From: an uncultured bacterium
GTDB taxonomy: Bacteria; Chlamydiota; Chlamydiia; Chlamydiales; JAAKFR01
Direction: 5' to 3'
DNA: 64,000 nt
Assembly (NCBI GenBank): GCA_964350245.1
Contig: CAYGJC010000005.1
Coordinates: 37,974-101,973 of the forward strand
Of this stretch, positions 53,729 to 63,759 are shown in pieces. The translations under genes were made by a program, and so were the position numbers. Each line of letters begins with the position of its first letter. Position 1 is the stretch's first letter. Under the pieces are notes generated by a model that was given only the letters and a program-made list of their open reading frames with translations, searched no databases and had not been told where the DNA came from.

Positions 53729-55847
53729 GAGTCTCACTTTTGAACAAAGAGCCAAACGGTTTGAGGTAGTCTCCTTTTTCCTCTAACAAACGGACAAGAG
53801 CCAAAAGCCTCTCAAACCGCTCGGGGTGGATCGCCCGTTCTCGCTGCATCAGGGTTGGAGCAAATAAAGAAGTCACAATCTGCTCGCTATCCAGCTTTTT
53901 CCCTTTAGCCAATGTGAGAAGGGCAACAAGCCCCACAGTTGAGGTGGCACCGACATCCAGCCCATCTTTCGAACTCAATGCCAAGTAAGCCGGCTTGACC
54001 AACTCTATGATTTTCAACTCAATAAAGTGATAAACCAATCCAATACAGTCGATCCGTTCCAGAAAGGAGAGTTCTGTTTTTCCCTGAAAAAAGGTCTTAT
54101 GGATCTGAGTGAGAAGATTCCCAATAAACTCAGGAAAGAGCTCTTTTCTCACATCGGGGGGAAAGTAATAACCGGTGCTCTCATCGGATAGGTGATCGGC
54201 AAACTGTTCTAAAAACTCCTGAGCATTGCTCAGCTCCTCATAAACACCCGCCTGATTGTAAAAATCCGTGTCTTTTGGTAGGGTGACTACCTTTAGGTGA
54301 GAAGCAAATTCCGCCTGACGCGAGAGCTCTTCGATCGCCGTCGATCGGGCATGTTCCTGCCACGACGTGCGGTCTTGGTAGTTCACAAACAAAAGACGTT
54401 CCTCAGGATGGCATGAGCGTAAAAAAGTCTTAAATTCCTCTGTTATCACGGCGTGATTGATCCATTCTTGCACCACCGGACAGGCCATACGCAACAGCCT
54501 GATCTCTCGCCCTTTTTGCTCCAATACCCACTCAACAGCTGGCAGATTTCCCTGCATCAACGGATCAAACCTTAGCTCCATCTCTTCGCGCACAATATCG
54601 AGCGCCTTAAAAACAGGTCCGCTCGGGTGTTTCTTAAAGGCTTCTGTCAATGCGCGGTTTGCCTGCGATAGTGCATCTGATAAACCCTTCCCTCGCTTAT
54701 GCTCTATGCGCTCAATTAAATGCTGAATCGCTCCTTTCACCTCTTCATGGTCCATCGATTCAGTAAAAAGGACATGACAAAGAGCATCGACCAAATCAAG
54801 GGTATGCTGGAAAAAAGGTTTTCCATTGGGTGTCCCATAAATCACCAGCTTCTCGTACTCTCGATTGTGAAGTGCCTCTCGCAAAAACATCAAAAAGTCA
54901 AAGAAGTAAAGATGACACCCTTTTAGAGAAAACTGACGAATCAAATTACGGGGATTGGCGGCTAACAACAAAGCCATGGAGGCATTATGCACAAGCGTGA
55001 CCAGTTCCATCTCTTTGTATTTCATCGCTCCGGCATAAAACCTCTCCAAAGGCTTCTTTATCTTTTTGAGAATTTTGACAGCCTGTAGATGGAGTTGCTT
55101 ATCTTCCCAGTTTTTAACCTGCAATAGAGGATCATCTCCGAAATACTCCTCAGAGAACACGCCAAAATCACACGCCAGCTTAATCGTACGCGCTAGGCCC
55201 GTCGTATAGAAATTGTGTCCTGCCTCATTTTTTAGATAGAAAAGCTCATAAAGATGATCGCGCTTGATCACTTCCAAGTCATTGAGAATATGGACGCCGG
55301 CAACCTCCTCAATCGACTCTTCTTCTTGCAATAGAGCCTGCAGCTCTCTTTCCAGCTCTTCTTGCTCGGAAAGCACCTCGTCTTTTTCTCTAGGTGCAGG
55401 CCCGCTGGCAAATTCTCGAAAAGACTCGGGGATCACCTTCCTTTGATAAAAGTTTTGCAGCTCCCTATACTCAGGAAAATCACTCACACGCTCTTTAAAA
55501 AGAGCCCCAAAACGATCGAGCTTCTTGGCCGCTTCGCCAACCAGCACCATGATCGTGTTGACCCCTTCCACAAGTTTTTTGGTATCTCCTGCTTCCTGCA
55601 TTTTTTTGCAGTAAACTTGAAGATAGTCATAAACACTGCGAAACGTCTCTTTAATCGCCAAAACCGTCTGTTCATCGGACCCGGCAGGCGCCCAATAAAC
55701 CTCTTCAGACTCTCCTTCTACTTCCTCTTTATGCGGAATGAGACGTGCGTGTTCGGTTACTTCAATTTCATCCAGATTGTCGGCGTCAACGAGAGTATTC
55801 AGGTTATCCAAGGCGTCTAAAATAGATAATCCACCTTTTGGGTTCAT
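53709..55847 (-). CDS. Large hypothetical protein (712 aa)
   Basis: Long uninterrupted ORF with an acidic N-terminus and a mostly helical prediction by eye. No catalytic motif recognised. Confidence 0.6.
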   Translation of the reverse strand: MNPKGGLSILDALDNLNTLVDADNLDEIEVTEHARLIPHKEEVEGESEEVYWAPAGSDEQTVLAIKETFRSVYDYLQVYCKKMQEAGDTKKLVEGVNTIMVLVGEAAKKLDRFGALFKERVSDFPEYRELQNFYQRKVIPESFREFASGPAPREKDEVLSEQEELERELQALLQEEESIEEVAGVHILNDLEVIKRDHLYELFYLKNEAGHNFYTTGLARTIKLACDFGVFSEEYFGDDPLLQVKNWEDKQLHLQAVKILKKIKKPLERFYAGAMKYKEMELVTLVHNASMALLLAANPRNLIRQFSLKGCHLYFFDFLMFLREALHNREYEKLVIYGTPNGKPFFQHTLDLVDALCHVLFTESMDHEEVKGAIQHLIERIEHKRGKGLSDALSQANRALTEAFKKHPSGPVFKALDIVREEMELRFDPLMQGNLPAVEWVLEQKGREIRLLRMACPVVQEWINHAVITEEFKTFLRSCHPEERLLFVNYQDRTSWQEHARSTAIEELSRQAEFASHLKVVTLPKDTDFYNQAGVYEELSNAQEFLEQFADHLSDESTGYYFPPDVRKELFPEFIGNLLTQIHKTFFQGKTELSFLERIDCIGLVYHFIELKIIELVKPAYLALSSKDGLDVGATSTVGLVALLTLAKGKKLDSEQIVTSLFAPTLMQRERAIHPERFERLLALVRLLEEKGDYLKPFGSLFKSETLNWDVR

Positions 55848-56013
55848 AACCCCTCCTCTGCCCTACGGGCATCTCTAAGACACTAAGCTTCCTATAATTA
55901 TTATCTCTTTTTCTACAGATATAGGGCAAAAGAAAAGTAAATATTTAATTATAAATACTTAGCGACAGAGAGAGCGGGATTAACAAAAACTTAACCTTTT
56001 TAAAAAGAGCTAC

Positions 56014-56610
56014 TTAAAAGAATGCCATTGAATCACATTCTTGAGCTTCCTTTACTTGCTTGCTATAACATGTGTAGCAAGCAGGAAAATACCTCTCCTC
56101 AGCCCCCAGCTCCACGCTGGGGCCCGAAACGGTAGCCTTTCCATCGACATGCTTGAGATTCATGATCGATTTTTTGTTGCAGAAATGGCAGGTAGACTTA
56201 ACCTCTTCAATGGAATCGGCCAGTTCCATCAGCCGACGGGAACCTTCAAAAAGGTGCGTGCGAAAATCGGTCCGCAATCCGTAACAAATCACAGGGATAT
56301 TTCTCTCATAGGAGATGGAGCGGAGCTGATCGATTACAGAAGCGGGCAAAAACTGTGCCTCATCGACCAACAAACAATCGATCCCCGAAAAATCGAGTTG
56401 AAGGAGATTGGTTTTTTCATCGACGAGAATATCAGCTTCTTGCTCAAGACCGGCACGAGATTTAATATTGTTTTTCCCAAAGCGGACATCAAGAGCCGGT
56501 TTGATGAGCAAGATTTGCTTTTCTTGTTGTCTGTAGTTGTGCGCAACTGCAAGCAGATTAAGTGTCTTAGCACTCCCAACCGAACCATAGCGAAAATAAA
56601 GCTTAGCCAT
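56014..56610 (-). CDS. tdk: Thymidine kinase (type II)
   Basis: Collinear with E. coli Tdk (AKLYFRYGSVGSAKT..., LVDEAQFL, VICYGLRTDFR, and zinc Cys pairs CHFC...CYTCY). Confidence 0.85.
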   Translation of the reverse strand: MAKLYFRYGSVGSAKTLNLLAVAHNYRQQEKQILLIKPALDVRFGKNNIKSRAGLEQEADILVDEKTNLLQLDFSGIDCLLVDEAQFLPASVIDQLRSISYERNIPVICYGLRTDFRTHLFEGSRRLMELADSIEEVKSTCHFCNKKSIMNLKHVDGKATVSGPSVELGAEERYFPACYTCYSKQVKEAQECDSMAFF

Positions 56611-56650
56611 TTGGGTAACCCTCCTTTAACCCTAATCGATCATTTGTGTT

Positions 56651-58168
56651 ATGCAATTAAAAACACAGGGTTTATCGTGTCACAAAAAGAGGTTAAAGAT
56701 CAATCCCCCCCTCATTTTAGTCACAGGTGTGACCGGCTACATCGGAGGCAGACTCGTACCACGTCTTTTAGAAAAAGGGTACCGGGTTCGTGCGATGGGA
56801 AGGAACATAAGAAAGCTCAAAGATCGTTGGTGGGCATCCGATCCACATGTTGAGCTAGTTCAAGCCGATGTTCTCGATTATCCCTCTATGGAAAAGGCAC
56901 TCGAAGGGTGCACCATCGCCTATTACCTGATCCACTCCATGATCCGCGAACAAAAAGATTTCACGAAAGCCGACAGGGAAGCCGCCTTGAACTTTGTTGC
57001 AGCTGCCGAGAAAACGGGTTTGAAGCGAATCATCTACCTAGGGGGGCTGGGAAGCAAAAAAGAGTACATGAGCAAGCATCTTCAATCTCGAAAAGAGGTA
57101 GGAGAAATTCTCCGTCAAAGCTCGATTCCTGTGACCATTTTTCAAGCCGCCATGATCATCGGATCTGGAAGCGCCTCTTTTGAAATTCTCCGCTATTTAA
57201 CAGACCGCCTTCCCATCATGATCACGCCTACCTGGGTGCGCACTCCCTGCCAACCGATTGCCGTTAAAAATGCACTGGAGTACCTCATCCGCACACTTGA
57301 AGTACCCGAGACTGAGGGACAGACCTACGACATTGGAGGACCAAGAGTCACAACTTATCATGAATTGATGATGCTCTATGCCAAAGTAGCTAAGCTCTCT
57401 TTGCGCACTGTCATTCCCGTCAGCGTCCTCTCTCCCAAGCTCAGCTCCTACTGGATCGGTCTGGTCACACCCCTGCCTCCTAAACTCGGTCGCCCCCTTG
57501 TGGAAGGGTTGAGCAGCAAAGTGATTTGTGAAGATCAACGTATTTTAAAACTGATTCCACAAAAATTGATTGATTACGAAGAGGCCATCTCTCGGGCCAT
57601 GGACAAAATCAATCCCGAAACCTCGTGGGCTGATGCCGGCCTCATTCCTCCTGCCGAATGGGCAGACAGGGATGATCCTACATGGGCCGGAGGCACGATT
57701 TTTAAGGCGCGTCGCGAACGGATGATCGAAGCTTCTCTGGATTGTGTATGGGGAGTCGTCACCGGAATCGGGGGAAAAAAGGGGTGGTACTCTACCTCAT
57801 GGCTTTGGAAAATACGAGGAGCATTTGACAAACTCATCGGTGGAGTAGGACTGAGAAGAGGAAGGCGAAACAAAACGCATCTGCACGTGGGAGATGCTGT
57901 AGACTTTTGGCGCGTGAAGCAAATCGTTCAAGAGCAGCGCCTTTTGCTTGTCGCGGAGATGCGCCTCCCTGGGGAGGCTGTCTTAGACTTTCGTCTGACT
58001 CGAATCGATGACAATCTCACAAAACTCGAACAGACTGCACGTTTCTTTCCTTCAGGACTTTGGGGCATGCTTTACTGGTGGATGCTTACCCCTTTCCATC
58101 TCTGGATTTTTACCCAAATGATCCGCACCATCAAAAGGCTCAGTGAACAAGACATCAACGAAGTATAA
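56651..58168 (+). CDS. NAD(P)-binding SDR/NmrA-like protein with C-terminal DUF2867-like domain
   Basis: Rossmann motif LVTGVTGYIGGRLVPRLLEKGYRV. The C-terminus (FWRVKQIVQEQRLLLVAEMRLPGEAVLDF) is typical of DUF2867. Confidence 0.75.
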   Translation: MQLKTQGLSCHKKRLKINPPLILVTGVTGYIGGRLVPRLLEKGYRVRAMGRNIRKLKDRWWASDPHVELVQADVLDYPSMEKALEGCTIAYYLIHSMIREQKDFTKADREAALNFVAAAEKTGLKRIIYLGGLGSKKEYMSKHLQSRKEVGEILRQSSIPVTIFQAAMIIGSGSASFEILRYLTDRLPIMITPTWVRTPCQPIAVKNALEYLIRTLEVPETEGQTYDIGGPRVTTYHELMMLYAKVAKLSLRTVIPVSVLSPKLSSYWIGLVTPLPPKLGRPLVEGLSSKVICEDQRILKLIPQKLIDYEEAISRAMDKINPETSWADAGLIPPAEWADRDDPTWAGGTIFKARRERMIEASLDCVWGVVTGIGGKKGWYSTSWLWKIRGAFDKLIGGVGLRRGRRNKTHLHVGDAVDFWRVKQIVQEQRLLLVAEMRLPGEAVLDFRLTRIDDNLTKLEQTARFFPSGLWGMLYWWMLTPFHLWIFTQMIRTIKRLSEQDINEV

Positions 58169-58200
58169 AAAATTATTTTAATTTGTTATACTCAGGAGAT

Positions 58201-59289
58201 ATGGCCTCTGTAGATCCAACTGGTGATTCCGTCCGTGCACAACGCCCCCTCCCCCCCATTCGTGGAGGGGTAGATCCTCGCAGCTCTTCTACTTCAATCA
58301 AAGTAGCCGAGATAGCCATTCCCCTAATTTTTTTTATTGCCATTCCTGCAGTTTTGGGAGTGCAGATGCACTTTCATGTTTTATCCATTCCGGTTGGATT
58401 GGAGCTTGTGGCAGCTTCAACTGTGATCGGCGCTATGCTGAGGAACGTAAAAGAGGAGACAAAAAAGTTAAGAAAAGAAGAGCATCACGAAAAATTGACC
58501 CCTCAACTCCAAAAGGTCATGCGTGGTCAGACATCGTCCAGGACCATGGAAGGGCTCGACCAAATCCTGGAGGCTCTACCCAAATCGCCTGAAACCTTTT
58601 TTGAGCAATTTCCGGAGGTTGATACGCGAAGAAAAGAGGTGAAACAACCCAGTGGTCGCTATAAAGCTAATTTCAACACCACATTTGAAACCACAAGAGC
58701 GCCCAGCTCAATCTATGACCTAGGATTTGAAGAACCACCTAAGGGACGTATAGGCATTATCAACGGCATCCTCAACAACTTTTGCCACGCCTATTCAAAT
58801 GCCTTACGCCTCTCTCACCTTGCCGGAGGTTACAATGTCCATGGTGTGCATAACGCTACCCACGGTATTTTTGCTGACTTTAGGGAATGTCAAATGGGTC
58901 TGGAAGGCAAATGCACCGCTCCTGTTTGGCACCTGCACCAAATGTGGGATGATTTTTTCATGGATCACCAAGAAGATGACCAGAAATTTATTCTCATTTG
59001 TCATAGTCAAGGAGCACTGCTCACACGGCTTGCACTTGAATCTTATCACCCAGAATGGAGAAAACGCATTCATGTGATTGTTGTAGCCGGTGCGGCGGAA
59101 ATTCCGGAGAGACTATGCGGCAGCTCTCACCACATCAAAAGTCGTGACCCTGTGCCCAAGCTTGGGCTGGTGAGCGGAGAGGCTGTGCGGGTGACCCATG
59201 TTTCTCCGGAAAGCATCGATAGCCACGGCTTTTCACAACCCATGTACTATGAGCCTCTGCAAGAGGAATTGAAAGCTTTGCTTACGTAA
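58201..59289 (+). CDS. Inc-like membrane protein with C-terminal alpha/beta serine-hydrolase (lipase-like) domain
   Basis: ATG at 58201 preceded by CAGGAG. Disordered N-terminus, then a bilobed hydrophobic segment (VAEIAIPLIFFIAIPAVLGV-QMHFH-VLSIPVGLELVAASTVIGAML). The C-terminal domain carries ILICHSQGALL (nucleophile-elbow-like H-S-x-G). Confidence 0.6.
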   Translation: MASVDPTGDSVRAQRPLPPIRGGVDPRSSSTSIKVAEIAIPLIFFIAIPAVLGVQMHFHVLSIPVGLELVAASTVIGAMLRNVKEETKKLRKEEHHEKLTPQLQKVMRGQTSSRTMEGLDQILEALPKSPETFFEQFPEVDTRRKEVKQPSGRYKANFNTTFETTRAPSSIYDLGFEEPPKGRIGIINGILNNFCHAYSNALRLSHLAGGYNVHGVHNATHGIFADFRECQMGLEGKCTAPVWHLHQMWDDFFMDHQEDDQKFILICHSQGALLTRLALESYHPEWRKRIHVIVVAGAAEIPERLCGSSHHIKSRDPVPKLGLVSGEAVRVTHVSPESIDSHGFSQPMYYEPLQEELKALLT

Positions 59290-60376
59290 TGGTCTTATAC
59301 CGTACGCAGGGAAGTGCTGTCGGATGTTCTTTTTGCAAAAATTCAATGATTTTTTCTCTTACAAAACTCTTCAACTCAAATGCAGTGACCGCATCATTAG
59401 CGGTCATCACAAGGCGCAGCTCCATGGTCTGTTCGGTGCAATTGGTGACATGCATCTTCCACACCTTTTGGTTCCAGCTAGGATGACTGTGTACGAGCTC
59501 CTTTACTTTTTGGCGAATCAGCTCAACAGGGGCTGTATAATCACAATGGAGAAAAACCGTTGCCAGCAGCTCAGGATCTTTGGCATCCCAATTCTGAAAG
59601 GGATGATCGATAAAGTAAGAGATCGGAAGCACCATTCGCCGCAAATCCCAGGTGCGTACAATCACGTGAGTGAGGTGGATGGCCTCAATGCGGGCAAACT
59701 CGTTCTCTAAAAAAACCGCATCCCCAATTTTAATGGTTTTGGTCATAGCGATTTGAAAGCCGGCCATCAGATTGAGGAGAATCGGACGGGCTGCCACACC
59801 GAGTGCGATACCGGCAATCCCCGCTGAGCTTAAAATGCCGATTCCCACACTTTTGATACGAGGGAAGGTCATCAAGATCGCGGCAAAGGTGACCGCAAAA
59901 ATCAGAAAGATGATCAGCCGAAAAAGAAAGTGAACCTGCGTAATCATGGCCCGTTGGTGTTCATCTGCTTCTCCTGCAGCTTCATACTTCTGATAAAAAT
60001 AGCCATACAATGAGCGGGTTGTATTAATCAGCAGCCACCCAATTGTCGCAATACTCACGATGACAATCACATGCTGAAAAAATTCTTCGTAATGCTCCTT
60101 GATTCCTAGGATGCTGAGCGCGAGAAAAGCGGCTATTTCAAGCAAAATCACAAGAGCGGGAAAGCGAAAGGCCTCCACAAGTTTTTTCCACACCCCATCA
60201 TGTCTGAATAGATGGCGAAAAGAAGTGAGGAGGACACGGTAGAGAATGTAGGCCAGGACAAACAGGCCAGCAGAGATCAGATAGGCCGTCAAGCTCGGCG
60301 CCCCCAAACATTTTAATAACTCCACGCTCTCTCCTTTGTTTTCCAGTAAAGTAGCAAAAAATGACAATTTTGTCAA
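59282..60376 (-). CDS. MscS-family mechanosensitive channel
   Basis: N-terminal TM helices followed by the MscS beta-domain block IKIGDAVFLENEFARIEAIHLTHVIVRTWDLRRMVLPISYF. TTG start. Confidence 0.85.
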   Translation of the reverse strand: MTKLSFFATLLENKGESVELLKCLGAPSLTAYLISAGLFVLAYILYRVLLTSFRHLFRHDGVWKKLVEAFRFPALVILLEIAAFLALSILGIKEHYEEFFQHVIVIVSIATIGWLLINTTRSLYGYFYQKYEAAGEADEHQRAMITQVHFLFRLIIFLIFAVTFAAILMTFPRIKSVGIGILSSAGIAGIALGVAARPILLNLMAGFQIAMTKTIKIGDAVFLENEFARIEAIHLTHVIVRTWDLRRMVLPISYFIDHPFQNWDAKDPELLATVFLHCDYTAPVELIRQKVKELVHSHPSWNQKVWKMHVTNCTEQTMELRLVMTANDAVTAFELKSFVREKIIEFLQKEHPTALPCVRYKTIT

Positions 60377-60407
60377 AATTTATGGGTAAAAAGTGACAAA
60401 AATGTCA
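60362..60407. promoter_or_regulatory. Two TGACA-N4-TGTCA palindromes 32 bp apart
   Basis: tgacaattttgtca (60362-60375) and tgacaaaaatgtca (60394-60407), in the divergent region between the MscS gene and the AAA ATPase gene. Confidence 0.35.
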
Positions 60408-60449
60408 TTTTTCTGGACATGAGGCGTAAAATGCCCTACGATAAAGGAT

Positions 60450-61772
60450 ATGAAACGGCTGATTCTAAAAGATCTGGTGGAGTGGAAAGAGGCAAAAAAA
60501 CGCAAACCTCTTATTCTAACCGGAGTCAGGCAGGTTGGAAAAACATACATACTCAAAGAGTTTGGGGCCCACCATTTTCTTGCGCATCACTATGTCAACT
60601 TTGAAAAAGAACCTCACCTGTTCAAGCTCTTCGAAGAAAACCTGAAGCCTGAACGAATTATTGAGGAGCTCAGCTTCTATCTTGATACTCCGATCGACAT
60701 CCAAAATGATCTGGTCATTTTTGATGAAATCCAAGCCTGCCCTAAGGCACTCACAAGTCTGAAATATTTTCATGAGGATATGCCCAGCTTAGCTTTATGT
60801 GGTGCAGGCTCACTTCTAGGCGTTCATCTTGGCCCTGTCTCTTTTCCTGTAGGAAAAGTCTCTCTACTCAATTTATCCCCGATGTCCTTTGTAGAATTTT
60901 TGATGGCAATCGATGAAGAAAGATCTTTAAAGGCTCTGGAGAGTCAACAGATTTCAGAGCTGGTTCATGAGCATTTATGGCACCTGCTCAAGCACTATTT
61001 TATCGTGGGGGGCATGCCAGAAGCGGTTCAAACTTACTGTGACCATAAAGAGAGCCTATATGAGGCCTTTACCAAGGTCAGAGAGACCCAAGACAACTTA
61101 CTCGCCGCCTATTTCGGTGATATGGCTAAACACGCAGGAAAAACGAATGCCATGCACATTGACCGTGTTTTCCGCTCTATTCCCACACAATTAGAAAAAC
61201 AAATGGAGGGGGGAGCGGCAAAATTCAAGTTTAAAGGAGTGGTGCCGGGAATTACCCATTACCAACGTCTTGCGTCTGCAATTGACTGGCTGGTCGCTGC
61301 AGGCCTTGCCATTAAGGTCCATATTGTAGGCTCGGGAGAGGTACCGTTGTATGCACACTCAAAAGAAAATGCATTCAAACTGCTTCTCTTTGACATTGGG
61401 ATGTTGGGCTCCATGAGCGGACTCTCTCCAAAAGCCATTCTAGATTACGACTACGGGAGTTATAAGGGATATTTTGCTGAAAACTTTGTCGCTCAAGAAC
61501 TGCTTGGCTCAATGAATAAACCTCTTTTTTCCTGGGTAGAAAAGAATGCGGAAGTGGAGTTTTTGATTGAAATTGAGGGAGAGGTCATTCCCCTTGAGGT
61601 CAAGGCAGGCAAAGTGACCAAAACCAAAAGTCTGCATCAATTTGCCGAGAAGTACCACCCCAAAAACCAAGTCATCCTCAGTGCACGATCCCTCTCTACA
61701 ACAGGCACAAAGCGGTATTATCCCTTGTATTTAGCCGGACTTTTGCCTCAAATGTTCAATCCCTCCCTCTAA
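60450..61772 (+). CDS. AAA-family ATPase with DUF4143-type C-terminal domain
   Basis: Walker A LTGVRQVGKTYIL and Walker B LVIFDEIQ. The C-terminal EVEFLIE...IPLEVKAG block is typical of this family. Confidence 0.8.
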   Translation: MKRLILKDLVEWKEAKKRKPLILTGVRQVGKTYILKEFGAHHFLAHHYVNFEKEPHLFKLFEENLKPERIIEELSFYLDTPIDIQNDLVIFDEIQACPKALTSLKYFHEDMPSLALCGAGSLLGVHLGPVSFPVGKVSLLNLSPMSFVEFLMAIDEERSLKALESQQISELVHEHLWHLLKHYFIVGGMPEAVQTYCDHKESLYEAFTKVRETQDNLLAAYFGDMAKHAGKTNAMHIDRVFRSIPTQLEKQMEGGAAKFKFKGVVPGITHYQRLASAIDWLVAAGLAIKVHIVGSGEVPLYAHSKENAFKLLLFDIGMLGSMSGLSPKAILDYDYGSYKGYFAENFVAQELLGSMNKPLFSWVEKNAEVEFLIEIEGEVIPLEVKAGKVTKTKSLHQFAEKYHPKNQVILSARSLSTTGTKRYYPLYLAGLLPQMFNPSL

Positions 61773-62696
61773 TGAGTAAACCTCAGCTTCAGGCATCCTT
61801 TTTTCGATCTGCTCGGCCGCTCTCAAACTTCTGAATCCTCTTCGACAATAGACCACAATCGGCTTGCTCAGATCGAGCCGGTCCATATCCAAGGGGTGCA
61901 TGCCCCCAATATGAAACTCCTCTCTCTCCTCTGAGGTGCGGACATCCACAAGCTGATACTCATTTAATGTCTCTAGCTCCTCATACAAAATAGTCTTAAC
62001 CACAGAAAACCCCTGTTTTGAATAGGTGACAGTTTTAAAAGCATTTCCGTCGAAACACAATAGCTTGCCTGCCAAGGGAGTGTCAAGACCCGTTAAGAGC
62101 TTGACGACCTCCAAGGCTTGGAGCTGTCCAATTAGGTTGGGAAGCACACCTAACACCCCTTGCTCTTCACAGCTGTTACAGTAACAAAGAGTGGGAAAAA
62201 GATCGCGGTAGGTGGGACTCCCCTGCCAATTAAAGGTCGAGACGTGGCCTGAAAAGGCATCGACAGCTCCCACAACAAAAGGAAGACCTAAAGAGACACA
62301 GACGTCGTTGATTAGATAGCGGGTGGTAAAATTATCGGAAGCATCCACCACCAATTGATACGGTTGAACCGTTCTGAGTGCATTGTCTGAAGTGAGCCAC
62401 TCATGCGTTTCAATTTGCACATCTGGATTTTGCTGTCTTAACCTAGCTCGCGCTCTTCGATTTTTTGCTTTGCCGACATCCTCAGGTGTATAGAGAAGCT
62501 GCCTAGAGAGATTACTCAGAGAGACACAATCTCCATCAGCAATACCCAGGGTTCCCACACCCATCGCTGTAAGAGTCTGTAAAACGGCACAGCCGAGCCC
62601 CCCTGCACCTACTACAAGGACTTTCCCTTGCCTAAGCGCCTCTTGCTTCTCGTGTCCAAAGCCATCTAGTTTTATTTGCTGTGCGTACCGTTCCAT
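61731..62696 (-). CDS. ThiF/MoeB-family adenylyltransferase fused to a rhodanese domain
   Basis: Start at MERYAQQIKL (ATG at 62696). Nucleotide loop VLVVGAGGLGC. C-terminal rhodanese with active-site loop VVYCRRGFRS. The ORF-track extension to 62858 is rejected. Confidence 0.8.
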   Translation of the reverse strand: MERYAQQIKLDGFGHEKQEALRQGKVLVVGAGGLGCAVLQTLTAMGVGTLGIADGDCVSLSNLSRQLLYTPEDVGKAKNRRARARLRQQNPDVQIETHEWLTSDNALRTVQPYQLVVDASDNFTTRYLINDVCVSLGLPFVVGAVDAFSGHVSTFNWQGSPTYRDLFPTLCYCNSCEEQGVLGVLPNLIGQLQALEVVKLLTGLDTPLAGKLLCFDGNAFKTVTYSKQGFSVVKTILYEELETLNEYQLVDVRTSEEREEFHIGGMHPLDMDRLDLSKPIVVYCRRGFRSLRAAEQIEKRMPEAEVYSLEGGIEHLRQKSG

Positions 62697-63265
62697 CTGT
62701 TTACCATGTCTGTTGCTGTTTTTCTTGGGGAGGGGGCGTGTGCAATCGCTGAGCTGACTGCTGCGCTTTTGGCTCCTCTCTTTTTGATGTCGAGCAGATG
62801 TTTTAAACGGATGCCTCCAATTGCCACTATAGGAAGCGGAGAGCGGTGGCACAGCCACTCCAACATATCAAGAGTGAGAGGCTCCCCTTTTTTTTCTTTG
62901 GTGGAAGAAGGATAAAAATGTCCGACACCCACGTAATCTGCTCCCTCCTCAGCAGCCTGAAAAATCGCTGTTAAAGTGGGAGCTGTGACTCCTATAATCG
63001 CCTCTTTTCCCAGCTCCTCACGCGCTTTTCTTACGGGAAAGTCGTCTTGACCTAAGTGGACACCGTCAGCCTCTAGAAGCAAAGCCAGGTCCACCCGATC
63101 GTTGACGATAAAAGAGACGCCATGCTCAGTACAGAGATGTCGCATCTTCTTCGCTTTCCGGAAATCCAAAACGCCTTTGTCCCGGAATTGAACTGCTCCG
63201 ATTCCCGTGTGAATCACCTGTTCTAGAACCGAGAGGGAGTCTGTAATTAAGTAAATTCCTTTCAT
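62672..63265 (-). CDS. thiE: Thiamine-phosphate synthase
   Basis: IYLITDS..., VQFRDK, FIVNDRVDLAL...ADGVHLGQDD, VGVGHFYPSSTK and IVAIGGI blocks. Confidence 0.85.
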   Translation of the reverse strand: MKGIYLITDSLSVLEQVIHTGIGAVQFRDKGVLDFRKAKKMRHLCTEHGVSFIVNDRVDLALLLEADGVHLGQDDFPVRKAREELGKEAIIGVTAPTLTAIFQAAEEGADYVGVGHFYPSSTKEKKGEPLTLDMLEWLCHRSPLPIVAIGGIRLKHLLDIKKRGAKSAAVSSAIAHAPSPRKTATDMVNRWNGTHSK

Positions 63266-63759
63266 GAAAAAAACAGCCTGATCGCCGCGTACCCAGCCGC
63301 GCCTGTTTTTAAATGGTGAGGAATCGATTCTACTGTGACATTTCCTAGCGCCAAAATGGGAATGGAAAAATTTTGCACGAACCCGGGAGTCAACTTACCG
63401 GCGCAAAAGGTGATATAAGAGGCTCCTCCTTGTTCCGCTTCTTGCGCTTCAGCGTAGGTGTGCGTACTCACGCCAATAAGAAAATGCGCCGGGCAAAACG
63501 CTTTTACAACACGGACCGGTAATCCCTTTTGGGGTAGATGAATGCCATCAGCTTCTACACCCAACGCAATATCTAACCGATCATTCACAATCAGCTTGAT
63601 GCCTTTTGAACGTGTGAGTTGACGGCACTCTTCAGCAAAAGCATATAATGGTTTTGCGGCCAGCTTTTTTCTTCTCAGTTGAAGCGCATCGATTGGCCCC
63701 GCACACACCGCACGCACTTGCTCTATTGTCACCTCTTCGGGAGTGATCGCCATTCTCAT
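63262..63759 (-). CDS. Short ThiE/TenI-family protein (possible thiazole tautomerase)
   Basis: 165 aa with [28 protein letters not shown] and ILALGNV blocks. It is shorter than ThiE. Confidence 0.6.
   Translation of the reverse strand: MRMAITPEEVTIEQVRAVCAGPIDALQLRRKKLAAKPLYAFAEECRQLTRSKGIKLIVNDRLDIALGVEADGIHLPQKGLPVRVVKAFCPAHFLIGVSTHTYAEAQEAEQGGASYITFCAGKLTPGFVQNFSIPILALGNVTVESIPHHLKTGAAGYAAIRLFFS

Noticed and set aside
56014-56610. Thymidine kinase P-loop reads GSVGSAKT (Ala instead of the canonical Gly before Lys), considered as an inactive pseudo-kinase
   Set aside because: The rest of the protein is collinear with E. coli Tdk, including Walker B (LVDEAQF), the YGLRTDFR block and both zinc Cys pairs. 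A single P-loop substitution is insufficient evidence.
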